Part shown: positions 1 to 12,500 of the stretch, in pieces
How positions within the stretch are numbered: the first letter of the stretch is position 1
How the letters are laid out: each line of letters opens with the position of its first letter
Source: Pelagomonas calceolata
Lineage: Eukaryota
NCBI GenBank assembly: GCA_918797485.1
Contig: CAKKNE010000002.1
Coordinates: 930,001 to 994,000, forward strand
Reading direction: 5' to 3'
Length of the DNA stretch: 64,000 nucleotides
Notes under the pieces: model-generated
The model's input: the letters and a program-made list of their open reading frames with translations, nothing else
Databases searched by the model: none
Told to the model about the DNA's origin: nothing
Made by a program: the position numbers and the translations under genes

Positions 1-198
1 GCCGCACCAGCCCAGGGCCTCCAGGGCTGCTTTTTGGGCGGCGGTGAGCACGAGCGACTCGCCTATTTTACTTCCGTTCTCGTCCCTCAGGATCGCGAGG
101 CGGTTCTTGACGTGGAGCGCGCCGTCCTCGTAGGACCAGTTTGACTCTTTCTTGGTATCTTTCAGCGTGTAGGTGCAGGGAATCTGGGCCTCGGCCAT
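1..198 (-). CDS. 5' part of a hypothetical protein running off the window edge
   Basis: ATG at 198-196, open to position 1 (MAEAQIPCTYTLKDTKKESNWSYEDGALHVKNRL...), GC3-rich. Confidence 0.5.
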   Translation of the reverse strand, partial: MAEAQIPCTYTLKDTKKESNWSYEDGALHVKNRLAILRDENGSKIGESLVLTAAQKAALEALGWCG

Positions 199-483
199 CG
201 CGGCGTCGGCGTCGCTTTTGAGCTCAAATAAAGGCAGCGCAAAATCGATCAAGCGCGAGCGGAGACTCGCTATAGATGGCGGAACTGGTCGGACGGTGAC
301 CTGGCGCAGCGCAAGGTACTGTAGAAAACCCCGTGGCACTGCTGGGGCCGTACTCTGCCATGCGCGCCGCGCGCGGGGACCGATTTTTTTGCTGGAAAAC
401 GGGTTTTACTCGAAAAATCGACGAGTACTCGCGGGTTTCTACGTCGACAGCGTAGACGAGTAGATACACACAACAAACGCCAC

Positions 484-2130
484 TTAACCCCGCGCCCCCG
501 TGATCGGGTTCATCGCGCGCGGCCCGACGAGGCGCGCGACGGCGTCGCGGGCGGCGCCCGTCCTTGCCACGCCGAGCGACCGCATGGCGAGGCCGACCTT
601 GAAGGCCGGGTCCCGGAAGACGCGCTCGTCCGTCAATCCTGTCGTGTAGCCGGTCTTGTCGGCGGCCGTGCGCTGGTCCGCGCGCTGGGCCTCGACCGCG
701 GCGGTCGTCTTGGTCACGTCGCTCTCGATGGTCGAGATGGCCTCGAAGTAGGGCACGGTCCGCGCGAGGGCCTCGAGCGCAATCGCTCTAGCTTCGTCGG
801 CCTTCGCGAGGCGCTCGAGGGCCTGCTCCTTCTCCGAGCGTTGCGCCTCGCGCACGCCCTCGCGGTATCGAGCCCGTTCCGCGCCTTTCTTGGCCTGCTC
901 TCGTTGGACGCGCTCGCGCTCCTTGCGCGCCGCCGCTTCGACGAGCTTGCGCTCCGCCTCGGCGCGGAACTGCTCCGCGCGGTATTGTAAAATAGCGTCC
1001 TTCGCCCGGCGCTGCGCCTCCCTTTCGATAGCCTGCCGCTCGGCCTCCTGCTCCGCTTGTAGAGCGTCGCGCAGCTCGCGTGCCACCGCCAACTTCTGAT
1101 CCCGGACCTCGCGCTCCGCCCGCAGCTTGTCGACGCAGGCGTGGAGCGCGCGCTGGCGCCGGCCCATCTCGTCGTACAAGCGGTCCTTCGCCACTTTGTC
1201 GACGTGGTCGCGCCGCGCCGCCTCCAACCGCTCGGCGCACTTGACAACAGAGTCCGCGCGCCAGGCCTTCTGCTCCCGCTTCCATACAGCTTTCTCCCGC
1301 GAATGGGAGGCCACGGCGTCACCACGCGCCACGTGCTTGCGCAGCGCGTCCTCGGAAAACTGGGGCAGCACGAGCCTCAGTGCGTCGATCTTCTTCGACG
1401 TTTGCGTCTCGAAGAGGGCGTGGGCCGCGTCGTCCCAGGGCCCTCGGCTATCGAGCGCGTCCGACCCGTCGCCGATGCTCGCGAGGGCGTCCCGCAATTT
1501 ATCGTCGATGCGCCGCCGCTTCTCGCGATCGTCGTCGCGCCGCGCCGCCCACGTCTCACGCAGCTCCTCGGCGACCGGCGCGAGGAACGCCTCGTCGTCG
1601 CCGACGCGGAGCACTTCCACCAGCTCGTCGTCGCCCCCATCATCCTCGCGGAGCGTTGAATTCATCGTCGCTACCGCTTCCTCGACATCGCGCCTGGCTT
1701 CAACCTCCTCCTCCGCCAACGACGCCCCTTTTGACGCGTGCGCCTGGCGCGCGTCGACCATCATTCGAGCCACGATCGCCGCCGCGCGCCGTTTAGCTTC
1801 AGCCTGGTCGTCGTCCGAGGCTTGCGCGAGGCACGCGACCATGGTCCGGAGCTCGTCGATCTGCGAGAGGTCGTCGCGCGGGACCATGGCTTTTTCATCA
1901 TCGTCAAACCGCCGCGCCGCCTGGGCGAGCGCCGCGTGCTGCTGCATCCACGCCGCGCGGCCGGCGTCGAGGCGCGCCGCGCGCTTGTGCCGGCGGCGCG
2001 CCGCGTCGAGCCTCCCGAAGGCGCTCGCGAAGCGGTCCTCGCCCTCGCCGCCGGCCGCCGCCGCGGCCTCGATCAGGGCGCTCGTCGAGCCGCGCGCGCG
2101 CAGGATGCGCCGCCGGCCGAGGCTGCCCAT
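484..2130 (-). CDS. Coiled-coil protein, CCDC148-like
   Basis: 548-aa E/R/A-rich coiled coil; C-terminal FRDPAFKVGLAMRSLG resembles the CCDC148 C-terminus (from memory). Confidence 0.6.
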   Translation of the reverse strand: MGSLGRRRILRARGSTSALIEAAAAAGGEGEDRFASAFGRLDAARRRHKRAARLDAGRAAWMQQHAALAQAARRFDDDEKAMVPRDDLSQIDELRTMVACLAQASDDDQAEAKRRAAAIVARMMVDARQAHASKGASLAEEEVEARRDVEEAVATMNSTLREDDGGDDELVEVLRVGDDEAFLAPVAEELRETWAARRDDDREKRRRIDDKLRDALASIGDGSDALDSRGPWDDAAHALFETQTSKKIDALRLVLPQFSEDALRKHVARGDAVASHSREKAVWKREQKAWRADSVVKCAERLEAARRDHVDKVAKDRLYDEMGRRQRALHACVDKLRAEREVRDQKLAVARELRDALQAEQEAERQAIEREAQRRAKDAILQYRAEQFRAEAERKLVEAAARKERERVQREQAKKGAERARYREGVREAQRSEKEQALERLAKADEARAIALEALARTVPYFEAISTIESDVTKTTAAVEAQRADQRTAADKTGYTTGLTDERVFRDPAFKVGLAMRSLGVARTGAARDAVARLVGPRAMNPITGARG

Positions 2131-2555
2131 TATTGCTGCCTTCCTGTGGTGTTGTTTTGGCGCCTCGCGCGCACGATGCTCCGCTGTGCCTCCGGCAGCC
2201 TGCTGAGATGCGGGGCAGCCCGTTAATTACTGGCTTCGCGCGCCCTACGCTGCGCGCGCGATGGCCTGGTACTGGGCGTTGATGTTTTGCCTCCGACAGC
2301 CACTGATTTGCGGCGCGTAGCCCGTTAATAGCTTCGTCGGACGCCCTGCACAACGACCCCCGACGGCGCGCCGAGTTCATTCGTGAGGACGGCTCCCGGG
2401 GCAGCCCGGAGCGCTGCGGCGACGCGTCGGCCGCGGCGCGATGTCGGGAGAGCCGTCAGGAGCCGCCCACCCACCGCGCCGGCCGCCGCGGCGCGGCTTT
2501 GCTCTAGAATCAGACTAGATGACTAAAACGAATTAAAGATAGACTAGGAGGTAAG

Positions 2556-3212
2556 CTAGGAGACGGCGCAGGCGCAGCTCTTCTGCTGCTCCACATGAAT
2601 ATTCGCGAGGCTGTCCCACCGCGCCAACGCCGGCAGCGCCTCCGCGCGATCGATCCCGCCGTCGCCGCTCTCATCACACAACTCCATGATGTAGTCCACG
2701 TCCTCGTCCGTGACCCGCACCCGCGTCTCCATGCCGAAGACGACGCGCGCATTAGTGCCAGAATGCTCGCGATCTTCAATGGCCTGCATCGCTTTTTTAA
2801 GTTCGGCCTTCTCGAGGATGTTGTTGTGGTTCTTGTCGAACTCCGCGAACAGCCGCTCGATCTTGTCGGCGTGCGTCAAGAAGTACCGATACTTGCCGAT
2901 CGCCTCCACCACGTCGTCCTTCGGCAGCTGCAAGTTCTCGTGCGGCGGTTCGGACCCCTGCTTCTTCCCGAGGTGATTCAGGACCATATTCTTCCCATCG
3001 TCGTTGACGGTGTGGTCGTCGCCGATCGCCCTCTGTAATAAGTCCGCGAGCTTATCACTCGGAATCGTCTTCCCGTCATCCGTACTAATCTCATTGAAAA
3101 AACCCTCGGCCTCCCTCTTGTCGTTCTCGAGCTGCTTGCGCAGGGCGTCGCGCTTCGCCTTCGCCTTGGCCTGGCGCTTCTTGTTGGCCGCGATGGCGGC
3201 AGCCGCGACCAT
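2556..3212 (-). CDS. EF-hand calcium-binding protein
   Basis: EF-hand loops FDKNHNNILEKAEL and CDESGDGGIDRAE; likely start MVAAAAIAANKKRQ at 3212. Confidence 0.75.
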   Translation of the reverse strand: MVAAAAIAANKKRQAKAKAKRDALRKQLENDKREAEGFFNEISTDDGKTIPSDKLADLLQRAIGDDHTVNDDGKNMVLNHLGKKQGSEPPHENLQLPKDDVVEAIGKYRYFLTHADKIERLFAEFDKNHNNILEKAELKKAMQAIEDREHSGTNARVVFGMETRVRVTDEDVDYIMELCDESGDGGIDRAEALPALARWDSLANIHVEQQKSCACAVS

Positions 3213-3737
3213 GTTTGTGCAGCGCCTCCCGGTCGCACCGGTCGCGCGCGCGCGGCACCGGCGCGAGGAGGTGGCTGCGCGCGCGGCGGACGGGCAGCTT
3301 TTGCGGGCAGTCGCCGCGCGGAGGCGACGCTCTCCGTGTCGGTCGGCGCTATGGAGTTTCATCTTTTGCCGGCCCCATGTGTCGGGTCAAGAAGAGTGTT
3401 CCGTGGGGTAAGAGCCGTCGCGGGGCTGCCCCGCGACGCTTGCGTGCGAAACCCAACGCGGCCGCACCCGCGCGCCTCGCGCGACGCCGGTGGTCGTCGG
3501 GGCCAGCCGGTGCGCATCGCTCCACAAAATGGACCCAATGGCAGCTATTTGCTATGGAAACGAGGCTGCCCCGATGCTGCCCCAACCTTCAACTTCAAAG
3601 TACACTTGCAAAGGAAGTCCCCTCAGTTGGCAAAAATACGGCTCGTGGACGCACGCGCAGCGCGCGCCGCCCCGCGACACACGCCCACAGCGCGGGCGAC
3701 CTCGCGCACACGCGACGCCGCCTCCCCGAAAGCGGCT

Positions 3738-4691
3738 ATGGCTCTCCGCTATGCTCTCATGTATGAGCGGACGTTTTACTCAATTTTCGGTCGCGACTGG
3801 CGCAGACCTGGGGCGAATTGGACGGCTCTCCAGTGGGCCGGCGACTCATTTCTCGACGGCGGCTTCGTTCAGAACGGCGACCTTGTACAAGCAATAAACG
3901 CTGCGATCGCCGCAGAGCGGATCCCCGTGTTTACGTTCTGGGAGATCCCCCCCTACCACTTCCGTGTGCCACCCATAGTGGAGACGTGCATCGAGAGGTA
4001 CCGAGCTTTTGCCGGCAACCGATTTGCAGTCTTTGTGGTCGACAGAAGCGCTGCCCCCGTGCCGCCTGGCGGCTGGGACCGCTTCTGGGGCAGCGAAAAT
4101 TCTATTGCTCACATCAAGGACTACGTGTCGTTTTATCTTATTTCAACTTTTGGAGGAATTTGGCTCGACGCAAGTATAATACTACTCAGGCCCTTTGAAG
4201 AGATATTCAATGTTAATTTGGCCAAGTTCCAGGGCTGGTATCAACCGGGCACCGATGGCGGGGTAGCCGAGAACTGGGCGTTTTTTGCGCCTCCTGGATG
4301 CCCCATCATGAAATCCTGGTACCTATTGACTGTGCTCTGGCTCGCGACCGACCACCAGCCTGAGGGAGCCCAGCCCTGGTTCCCGTATTTATGGCAGCAC
4401 GACATCTGGAGAGAGGAAATGGTACCTATGATTAAGGATTACGGTTGGCAGGATCTCTATATCCTTCGTGATCCTGCTGGAATTTTTATGTCGTACGAAG
4501 GATATAGAGATCTATCAATAGTTTCGTTGTTGATCACAGGGCTCAGCCTGAGGACGGTGCGATTCCATACGCCTATGGTTAAGCTAACGAGATTCGAACG
4601 CGACCGACTAGCAAGCAGTTTGCGCCATGGTAGATTTCCTGAGGGTTCGCTGGCGAACCAGCTCGAGTACCGCTGGGTCATCCCAGCTTAG
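3738..4691 (+). CDS. GT32 / capsular-polysaccharide-synthesis-type glycosyltransferase, copy 1
   Basis: TFWE...CIERYR...AHIKDYVSFYLISTFGGIWLDASIIL...ENWAFFAPPGCPIMKSW matches Caps_synth/GT32 motifs. Confidence 0.75.
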   Translation: MALRYALMYERTFYSIFGRDWRRPGANWTALQWAGDSFLDGGFVQNGDLVQAINAAIAAERIPVFTFWEIPPYHFRVPPIVETCIERYRAFAGNRFAVFVVDRSAAPVPPGGWDRFWGSENSIAHIKDYVSFYLISTFGGIWLDASIILLRPFEEIFNVNLAKFQGWYQPGTDGGVAENWAFFAPPGCPIMKSWYLLTVLWLATDHQPEGAQPWFPYLWQHDIWREEMVPMIKDYGWQDLYILRDPAGIFMSYEGYRDLSIVSLLITGLSLRTVRFHTPMVKLTRFERDRLASSLRHGRFPEGSLANQLEYRWVIPA

Positions 4692-4885
4692 AACTATCCC
4701 GCGGTATCCCCTTGACCAATAAGAGTTTCACGTCTTACGAGGTTGATAGAGTTTTCGGCTGCCCGCCTCCCCTCCCCCAAGTCGATCGCATTCGTAAAAA
4801 AAAAAGAAACTTCGGTTACAACGGGATGCCGTCGCGCGACTCCGTACCGAGGCGTCACGCCGTCCGAGGCCTCGGGCTCGTAGGC

Positions 4886-4990
4886 GGGCGCGCCGGGCGC
4901 GCCGGGCGCGCCGGGCGCGCCGACTCCTCGCCGACTCCTCGCCGACTCCTCGCCGACTCCTCGCCGGCTCCTCGCCGGCTCCTCGCCGGA
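4886..4990. repeat. Short tandem repeats (GCCGGGCGC)n then (GCCGACTCCTC)n
   Basis: 9-bp and 11-bp units visible directly. Confidence 0.85.
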
Positions 4991-6000
4991 CGCAGAGCCT
5001 CCGGCTCGTGTTCACTGGTATATAAACCGAGCTGATCGGGGGCTCGGCGAGGCAGTCTACACTTCACGAGCACTTGCAGGCACCCCGCGCGGTGTGAATG
5101 CGTCTGGTATACCGAGGAGTCGTCCGAGCCCACAACCGCAATAACCCGCCCGAAATGCTGAGAGTTGCCACTGGGCCGGGACCCCGTTCCGACTCGAAGC
5201 GGAGTCCCAGGGCCTCGTCTGGTTCGTTACCCCTTTGTACATGAGCCGTACCGTCGATTGAGGGGCCTCTGTAAAGGGTCGGATGCCGTCGTGCCACGGC
5301 GAAGAATCTATCTACACCGAAAGGCCGCCCGAGGCTCCCAGTACCAGTAGCCATCGACCAGGTCTAAGCCCCACGCCCTCGACGCCGCCCGTCACGACGT
5401 TGCGGCTGCCTCACAAGGTCCAGACCGGCGGCACGACGTCGCCGCGTCCGCCTCGAGGGCCTGCGCATGTCGATCACAAATGCACATGAGCATCTCGACG
5501 GCGGCCAGCGGTTGCCGATCGCCGCGCCCGTCGGCGGTGGGCTCGCAAGTACTGCAAGCCATCTTAGACGAACTCTAACATGCGTCGGGTCGCACACCGC
5601 CCGGCGCGAGCAGCGGTCCTCGCCGCATTGATTTTTGTGGACCTTCAATGCAGGCGCGCTCTTTCGTGGCGCAGCGTGACGTCACGGCGCGCGCGCCGAC
5701 GGCGTTCAGGCCTCCCCTCGCGTACGGATTCGCAGTCTTGAACCGGTCTGCCAGCTGAGCAAGGCGTGCTGCTCAACAACCAAAGCAGTGCTGGCTTCGA
5801 AACTTCGCCAGGCGTTTCCCGGCATTTCGAGCGACCAACAGACCGAGCGCTTGTATTTTAACTCTTCTTTTAGAAGCAGCACGCAGCCCGGCCCTGTGGC
5901 ACATGCATCTGCAGGCTGGCTGATGCCTTCACTATTCCTGCAAAGTCGCACCGGACAACCCTTCTATGAGTGAAGAGGGATGCCACTCCGCCCCGTAAGC

Positions 6001-6217
6001 ATCTGTGTCGCGCGCAACCCCGCACCAAAACCGAAATGCAGCGCAAAAAGTGGACTACATTAAAGCAGCACACCTAGCCCACCCCGAAAAAGAGAACGTC
6101 GGCACTACCCCTATCTGTGTCGCGCGCAACCCCGCACCAAAACCGAAATGCAGCGCAAAAAGTGGACTACATTAAAGCAGCACACCTAGCCCACCCCGAA
6201 AAAGAGAACGTCGGCAC
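6001..6217. repeat. 112-bp direct tandem duplication
   Basis: ATCTGTGTCGCGCGCAACCCCGCACC...GTCGGCACT starts at 6001 and again at 6113. Confidence 0.9.
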
Positions 6218-7013
6218 TGCCCCCCTGGCCTACGATGGAGCCAGAGGCCGCACAGGACAGCGACGCGCCCGTCGCGCGCTGCCCGCCCGCGCCCATCGAA
6301 TCGACGGCGCCGCTGTAGTTGCCCTTACGCTGGCCGCTCGGCCAGCTCCCGCTGGAATGTCAAGTAATTCCAGCGGGCCTCCAAGACTACGCGCAAGCGT
6401 TACAAGGTGATGATGTTCGGGTGTGCATCGGGTTCTATACGCTCGACCAGTTCCCGCCGGGACGTCAAATAGTTCCGGCGCCCTTTGAATTTGAAGGCGA
6501 CGTCAAAGCCTTACAGTTAATTATTGATGGGTACAAAGATGCCTAAAATCCTGACTCCGAAGACGGACTGTGCGCGATCGAAAGTATCGGCGCGATCGAA
6601 AGTATCGCAAAGAAGTTTATATTTCACGCGCGAAATTCCAGTCGATTCCTGTCGCAAATAAATGATAGGGATTTCGTCGAATTTTCGGAGCTTCTCTGGT
6701 AGTGGGAAATATTGGAGCCGAGCTCTGCGGACAAGCTCATTCGAAGTGTTTTTTGGGGCCCTCCGCGCGTCAGCAAATTGGCGTCTGCGCCGCCGAACGA
6801 GTCGTTTTATCAAGGCCTTGTAACACCTCTCATATAGCAAGGCGCCCTTCTCGAAGCCGTTGGCTGGGATATTGGCCCACCGCTACATGAGACTAGAATT
6901 ACCCGCTCAATGCCTTGCAGCAACTTCGGCACGGCTCAGACAGCATGGACTCACGATACTGATCTTGGATTGTTGAGCAGAAGGTCGTGGTCCTTCGCGA
7001 ACTACACTGGTGG

Positions 7014-9589
7014 CTCCGAGGCTCGTGGAGACGCATGGGCAGGGCCCTCGCGGTTGGTCGCCGCGCGCCCATGCGATTCGCTCCCGTTCAAATACGAGCT
7101 CCTCGGCGTGCCTTGGACGGCAAACGACGTTTCATCTGTTAGCTCTGGATTAGTCAGCTTCGAGGCTCGTGGAGACGCATGGGCAGGGCCCTCGCGGTTG
7201 GTCGCCGCGCGCCCATGCGATTCGCTCCCGTTCAAATACGAGCTCCTCGGCGTGCCTTGGACGGCAAACGACGTTTCATCTGTTAGCTCTGGATTAGTCA
7301 GCTCCGAGGCTCGTGGGAGCGCATGGGCAGGGCCCTCGCGGTTGGTCGCCGCGCGCCCATGCGATTCGCTCCCGTTCAAATACGAGCTCCTCGGCGTGCC
7401 TTGGACGGCAAACGACGTTTTATGTGATGCTCTGGATTAGTCAGCTTCGAGGCTCGTGGAGACGCATGGGCAGGGCCCTCGCGGTTGGTCGCCGCGCGCC
7501 CATGCGATTCGCTCCCGTTCAAATACGAGCTCCTCGGCGTGCCTTGGACGGCAAACGACGTTTCATCTGTTAGCTCTGGATTAGTCAGCTCCGAGGCTCG
7601 TGGAGACGCATGGGCAGGGCCCTCGCGGTTGGTCGCCGCGCGCCCATGCGATTCGCTCCCGTTCAAATACGAGCTCCTCGGCGTGCCTTGGACGGCAAAC
7701 GACGTTTTATGTGATAGCTCTGGATTAGTCAGCTTCGAGGCTCGTGGAGACGCATGGGCAGGGCCCTCGCGGTTGGTCGCCCGCGCGCCCATGCGATTCG
7801 CTCCCGTTCAAATACGAGCTCCTCGGCGTGCCTTGGACGGCAAACGACGTTTTATGTGATAGCTCTGGATTAGTCAGCTTCGAGGCTCGTGGAGCGCATG
7901 GGCAGGGCCCTCGCGGTTGGTCGCCGCGCGCCCATGCGATTCGCTCCCGTTCAAATACGAGCTCCTCGGCGTGCCTTGGACGGCAAACGACGTTTCATCT
8001 GTTAGCTCTGGATTAGTCAGCTTCGAGGCTCGTGGAGGCGCATGGGCAGGGCCCTCGCGGTTGGTCGCCGCGCGCCCATGCGATTCGCTCCCGTTCAAAT
8101 ACGAGCTCCTCGGCGTGCCTTGGACGGCAAACGACGTTTCATCTGTTAGCTCTGGATTAGTCAGCTCCGAGGCTCGTGGAGGCGCGGGCAGGGCCCTCGC
8201 GGTTGGTCGCCGCGCGCCCATGCGATTCGCTCCCGTTCAAATACGAGCTCCTCGGCGTGCCTTGGACGGCAAACGACGTTTTATGTGATGCCTGGATTAG
8301 TCAGCTTCGAGGCTCGTGGAGCGCATGGGCAGGGCCCTCGCGGTTGGTCGCCGCGCGCCCATGCGATTCGCTCCCGTTCAAATACGAGCTCCTCGGCGTG
8401 CCTTGGACGGCAAACGACGTTTCATCTGTTAGCTCTGGATTAGTCAGCTCCGAGGCTCGTGGAGACGCATGGGCAGGGCCCTCGCGGTTGGTCGCCGCGC
8501 GCCCATGCGATTCGCTCCCGTTCAAATACGAGCTCCTCGGCGTGCCTTGGACGGCAAACGACGTTTCATCTGTTAGCTCTGGATTAGTCAGCTCCGAGGC
8601 TCGTGGAGACGCATGGGCAGGGCCCTCGCGGTTGGTCGCCGCGCGCCCATGCGATTCGCTCCCGTTCAAATACGAGCTCCTCGGCGTGCCTTGGACGGCA
8701 AACGACGTTTTATGTGATAGCTCTGGATTAGTCAGCTTCGAGGCTCGTGGAGACGCATGGGCAGGGCCCTCGCGGTTGGTCGCCGCGCGCCCATGCGATT
8801 CGCTCCCGTTCAAATACGAGCTCCTCGGCGTGCCTTGGACGGCAAACGACGTTTTATGTGATAGCTCTGGATTAGTCAGCTTCGAGGCTCGTGGAGACGC
8901 ATGGGCAGGGCCCTCGCGGTTGGTCGCCGCGCGCCCATGCGATTCGCTCCCGTTCAAATACGAGCTCCTCGGCGTGCCTTGGACGGCAAACGACGTTTCA
9001 TCTGTTAGCTCTGGATTAGTCAGCTTCGAGGCTCGTGGAGACGCATGGGCAGGGCCCTCGCGGTTGGTCGCCGCGCGCCCATGCGATTCGCTCCCGTTCA
9101 AATACGAGCTCCTCGGCGTGCCTTGGACGGCAAACGACGTTTCATCTGTTAGCTCTGGATTAGTCAGCTCCGAGGCTCGTGGAGACGCATGGGCAGGGCC
9201 CTCGCGGTTGGTCGCCGCGCGCCCATGCGATTCGCTCCCGTTCAAATACGAGCTCCTCGGCGTGCCTTGGACGGCAAACGACGTTTTATGTGATAGCTCT
9301 GGATTAGTCAGCTTCGAGGCTCGTGGAGGCGGGCAGGGCCCTCGCGGTTGGTCGCCGCGCGCCCATGCGATTCGCTCCCGTTCAAATACGAGCTCCTCGG
9401 CGTGCCTTGGACGGCAAACGACGTTTCATCTGTTAGCTCTGGATTAGTCAGCTCCGAGGCTCGTGGAGACGCATGGGCAGGGCCCTCGCGGTTGGTCGCC
9501 GCGCGCCCATGCGATTCGCTCCCGTTCAAATACGAGCTCCTCGGCGTGCCTTGGACGGCAAACGACGTTTTATGTGATAGCTCTGGATT
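7014..9589 (+). repeat. 144-bp tandem array, subfamily A (~18 units)
   Basis: Unit encodes EARGDAWAGPSRLVAARPCDSLPFKYELLGVPWTANDV(SSV/LCD)SSGLVS(F/S). Confidence 0.95.
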
Positions 9590-12500
9590 GCTCGCCGTCG
9601 AGGCTACTGGAGAGTTATGGGCCGGGCTCCCGCGACTGGTCACCGCTTGCCCGGACCACGTGCTCCCGTCGAAGCGCCAGTTCTTCCACGCTCAATCGAT
9701 ACCGTACGACGTTTTATGTGATAGCTCTGGATTGCTCGCCGTCGAGGCTACTGGAGAGTTATGGGCCGGGCTCCCGCGACTGGTCACCGCTTGCCCGGAC
9801 CACGTGCTCCCGTCGAAGCGCCAGTTCTTCCACGCTCAATCGATACCGCATGACGTTTTTGTGTTCGCGCTCTGGATTGCTCGCCGTCGAGGCTACTGGA
9901 GAGTTATGGGCGGGCTCCGCGACTGGTCACCGCTTGCCCGGACCACGTGCTCCCGTCGAAGCGCCAGTTCTTCCACGCTCAATCGATACCGCGCCACGTT
10001 TTATGTGATAGCTCTGGATTGCTCGCCGTCGAGGCTACTGGGAGTTGCGGGCGGGCTCCGCGACTGGTCACCGCTTGCCCGGACCACGTGCTCCCGTCGA
10101 AGCGCCAGTTCTTCCACGCTCAATCGATACCGTACGACGTTTTATGTGTTAGCTCTGGATTGCTCGCCGTCGAGGCTACTGGAGAGTTATGGGCCGGGCT
10201 CCCGCGACTGGTCACCGCTTGCCCGGACCACGTGCTCCCGTCGAAGCGCCAGTTCTTCCACGCTCAATCGATACCGTACGACGTTTTATGTGTTAGCTCT
10301 GGATTGCTGCCGTCGAGGCTACTGGAGAGTTGCGGGCCGGGCTCCCGCGACTGGTCACCGCTTGCCCGGACCACGTGCTCCCGTCGAAGCGCCAGTTCTT
10401 CCACGCTCAATCGATACCGCACGACGTTTTATGTGATAGCTCTGGATTGCGCCGTCGAGGCTACTGGAGTTGCGGGCGGGCTCCGCGACTGGTCACCGCT
10501 TGCCCGGACCACGTGCTCCCGTCGAAGCGCCAGTTCTTCCACGCTCAATCGATACCGCACGACGTTTTATGTGTTAACCTGTATTGCTCGCCGTCGAGGC
10601 TACTGGAGAGTTATGGGCCGGGCTCCCGCGACTGGTCACCGCTAGCCCGGACCACGTGCTCCCGTCGAAGCGCCAGTTCTTCCACGCTCAATCGATACCG
10701 TACGACGTTTTATGTGATAGCTCTGGATTGCTCGCCGTCGAGGCTACTGGAGAGTTATGGGCCGGGCTCCCGCGACTGGTCACCGCGCGCCCGGACCACG
10801 TGCTCCCGTCGAAGCGCCAGTTCTTCCACGCTCAATCGATACCGTACGACGTTTTATGTGTTAGCTCTGGATTGCCGTCGAGGCTACTGGAGGGTTGGCG
10901 GGCCGGGCTCCCGCGACTGGTCACCGCGCGCCCGGACCACGTGCTCCCGTCGAAGCGCCAGTTCTTCCACGCTCAATCGATACCGCACGACGTTTTATGT
11001 TAGCTCTGGATTGCTCGCCGTCGAGGCTACTGGAGAGTTGCGGGCGGGCTCCCGCGACTGGTCACCGCTTGCCCGGACCACGTGCTCCCGTCGAAGCGCC
11101 AGTTCTTCCACGCTCAATCGATACCGTACGACGTTTTATGTGTTAGCTCTGGATTGCTCGCCGTCGAGGCTACTGGAGAGTTATGGGCCGGGCTCCCGCG
11201 ACTGGTCACCGCTTGCCCGGACCACGTGCTCCCGTCGAAGCGCCAGTTCTTCCACGCTCAACTGATACCGTACGACGTTTTATGTGATAGCTCTGGATTG
11301 CTCGCCGTCGAGGCTACTGGAGAGTTATGGGCCGGGCTCCCGCGACTGGTCACCGCTTGCCCGGACCACGTGCTCCCGTCGAAGCGCCAGTTCTTCCACG
11401 CTCAATCGATACCGTACGACGTTTTATGTGTTAGCTCTGGATTGCTCGCCGTCGAGGCTACTGGAGGTTTGGGGGCCGGGCTCCCGCGACTGGTCACCGC
11501 TTGCCCGGACCACGTGCTCCCGTCGAAGCGCCAGTTCTTCCACGCTCAATCGATACCGTACGACGTTTTATGTGTTAGCTCTGGATTGCTCGCCGTCGAG
11601 GCTACTGGAGAGTTATGGGCCGGGCTCCCGCGACTGGTCACCGCTTGCCCGGACCACGTGCTCCCGTCGAAGCGCCAGTTCTTCCACGCTCAATCGATAC
11701 CGTACGACGTTTTATGTGTTAGCTCTGGATTGCTCGCCGTCGAGGCTACTGGAGGTTGGCGGGCCGGGCTCCGCGACTGGTCACCGCTTGCCCGGACCAC
11801 GTGCTCCCGTCGAAGCGCCAGTTCTTCCACGCTCAATCGATACCGTCACGACGTTTTATGTGTTAGCTCTGGATTGCTCGCCGTCGAGGCTACTGGAGGT
11901 TGGCGGGCCGGGCTCCCGCGACTGGTCACCGCGCGCCCGGACCACGTGCTCCCGTCGAAGCGCCAGTTCTTCCACGCTCAATCGATACCGTACGACGTTT
12001 TATGTGTTAGCTCTGGATTGCTCGCCGTCGAGGCTACTGGAGAGTTATGGGCCGGGCTCCCGCGACTGGTCACCGCTTGCCCGGACCACGTGCTCCCGTC
12101 GAAGCGCCAGTTCTTCCACGCTCAATCGATACCGTACGACGTTTTATGTGTTAGCTCTGGATTGCTCGCCGTCGAGGCTACTGGAGAGTTATGGGCCGGG
12201 CTCCCGCGACTGGTCACCGCTTGCCCGGACCACGTGCTCCCGTCGAAGCGCCAGTTCTTCCACGCTCAATCGATACCGTACGACGTTTTATGTGTTAGCT
12301 CTGGATTGCTCGCCGTCGAGGCTACTGGGAGTTGGCGGGCCGGGCTCCCGCGACTGGTCACCGCTTGCCCGGACCACGTGCTCCCGTCGAAGCGCCAGTT
12401 CTTCCACGCTCAATCGATACCGTCACGACGTTTTATGTGTTAGCTCTGGATTGCTCGCCGTCGAGGCTACTGGAGTTTGCGGGCGGGCTCCCGCGACTGG

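Noticed and set aside
4700..6230. Possible transposase or further gene in the island's left part
   Set aside because: Only short frames with mixed stops and no recognisable motif.
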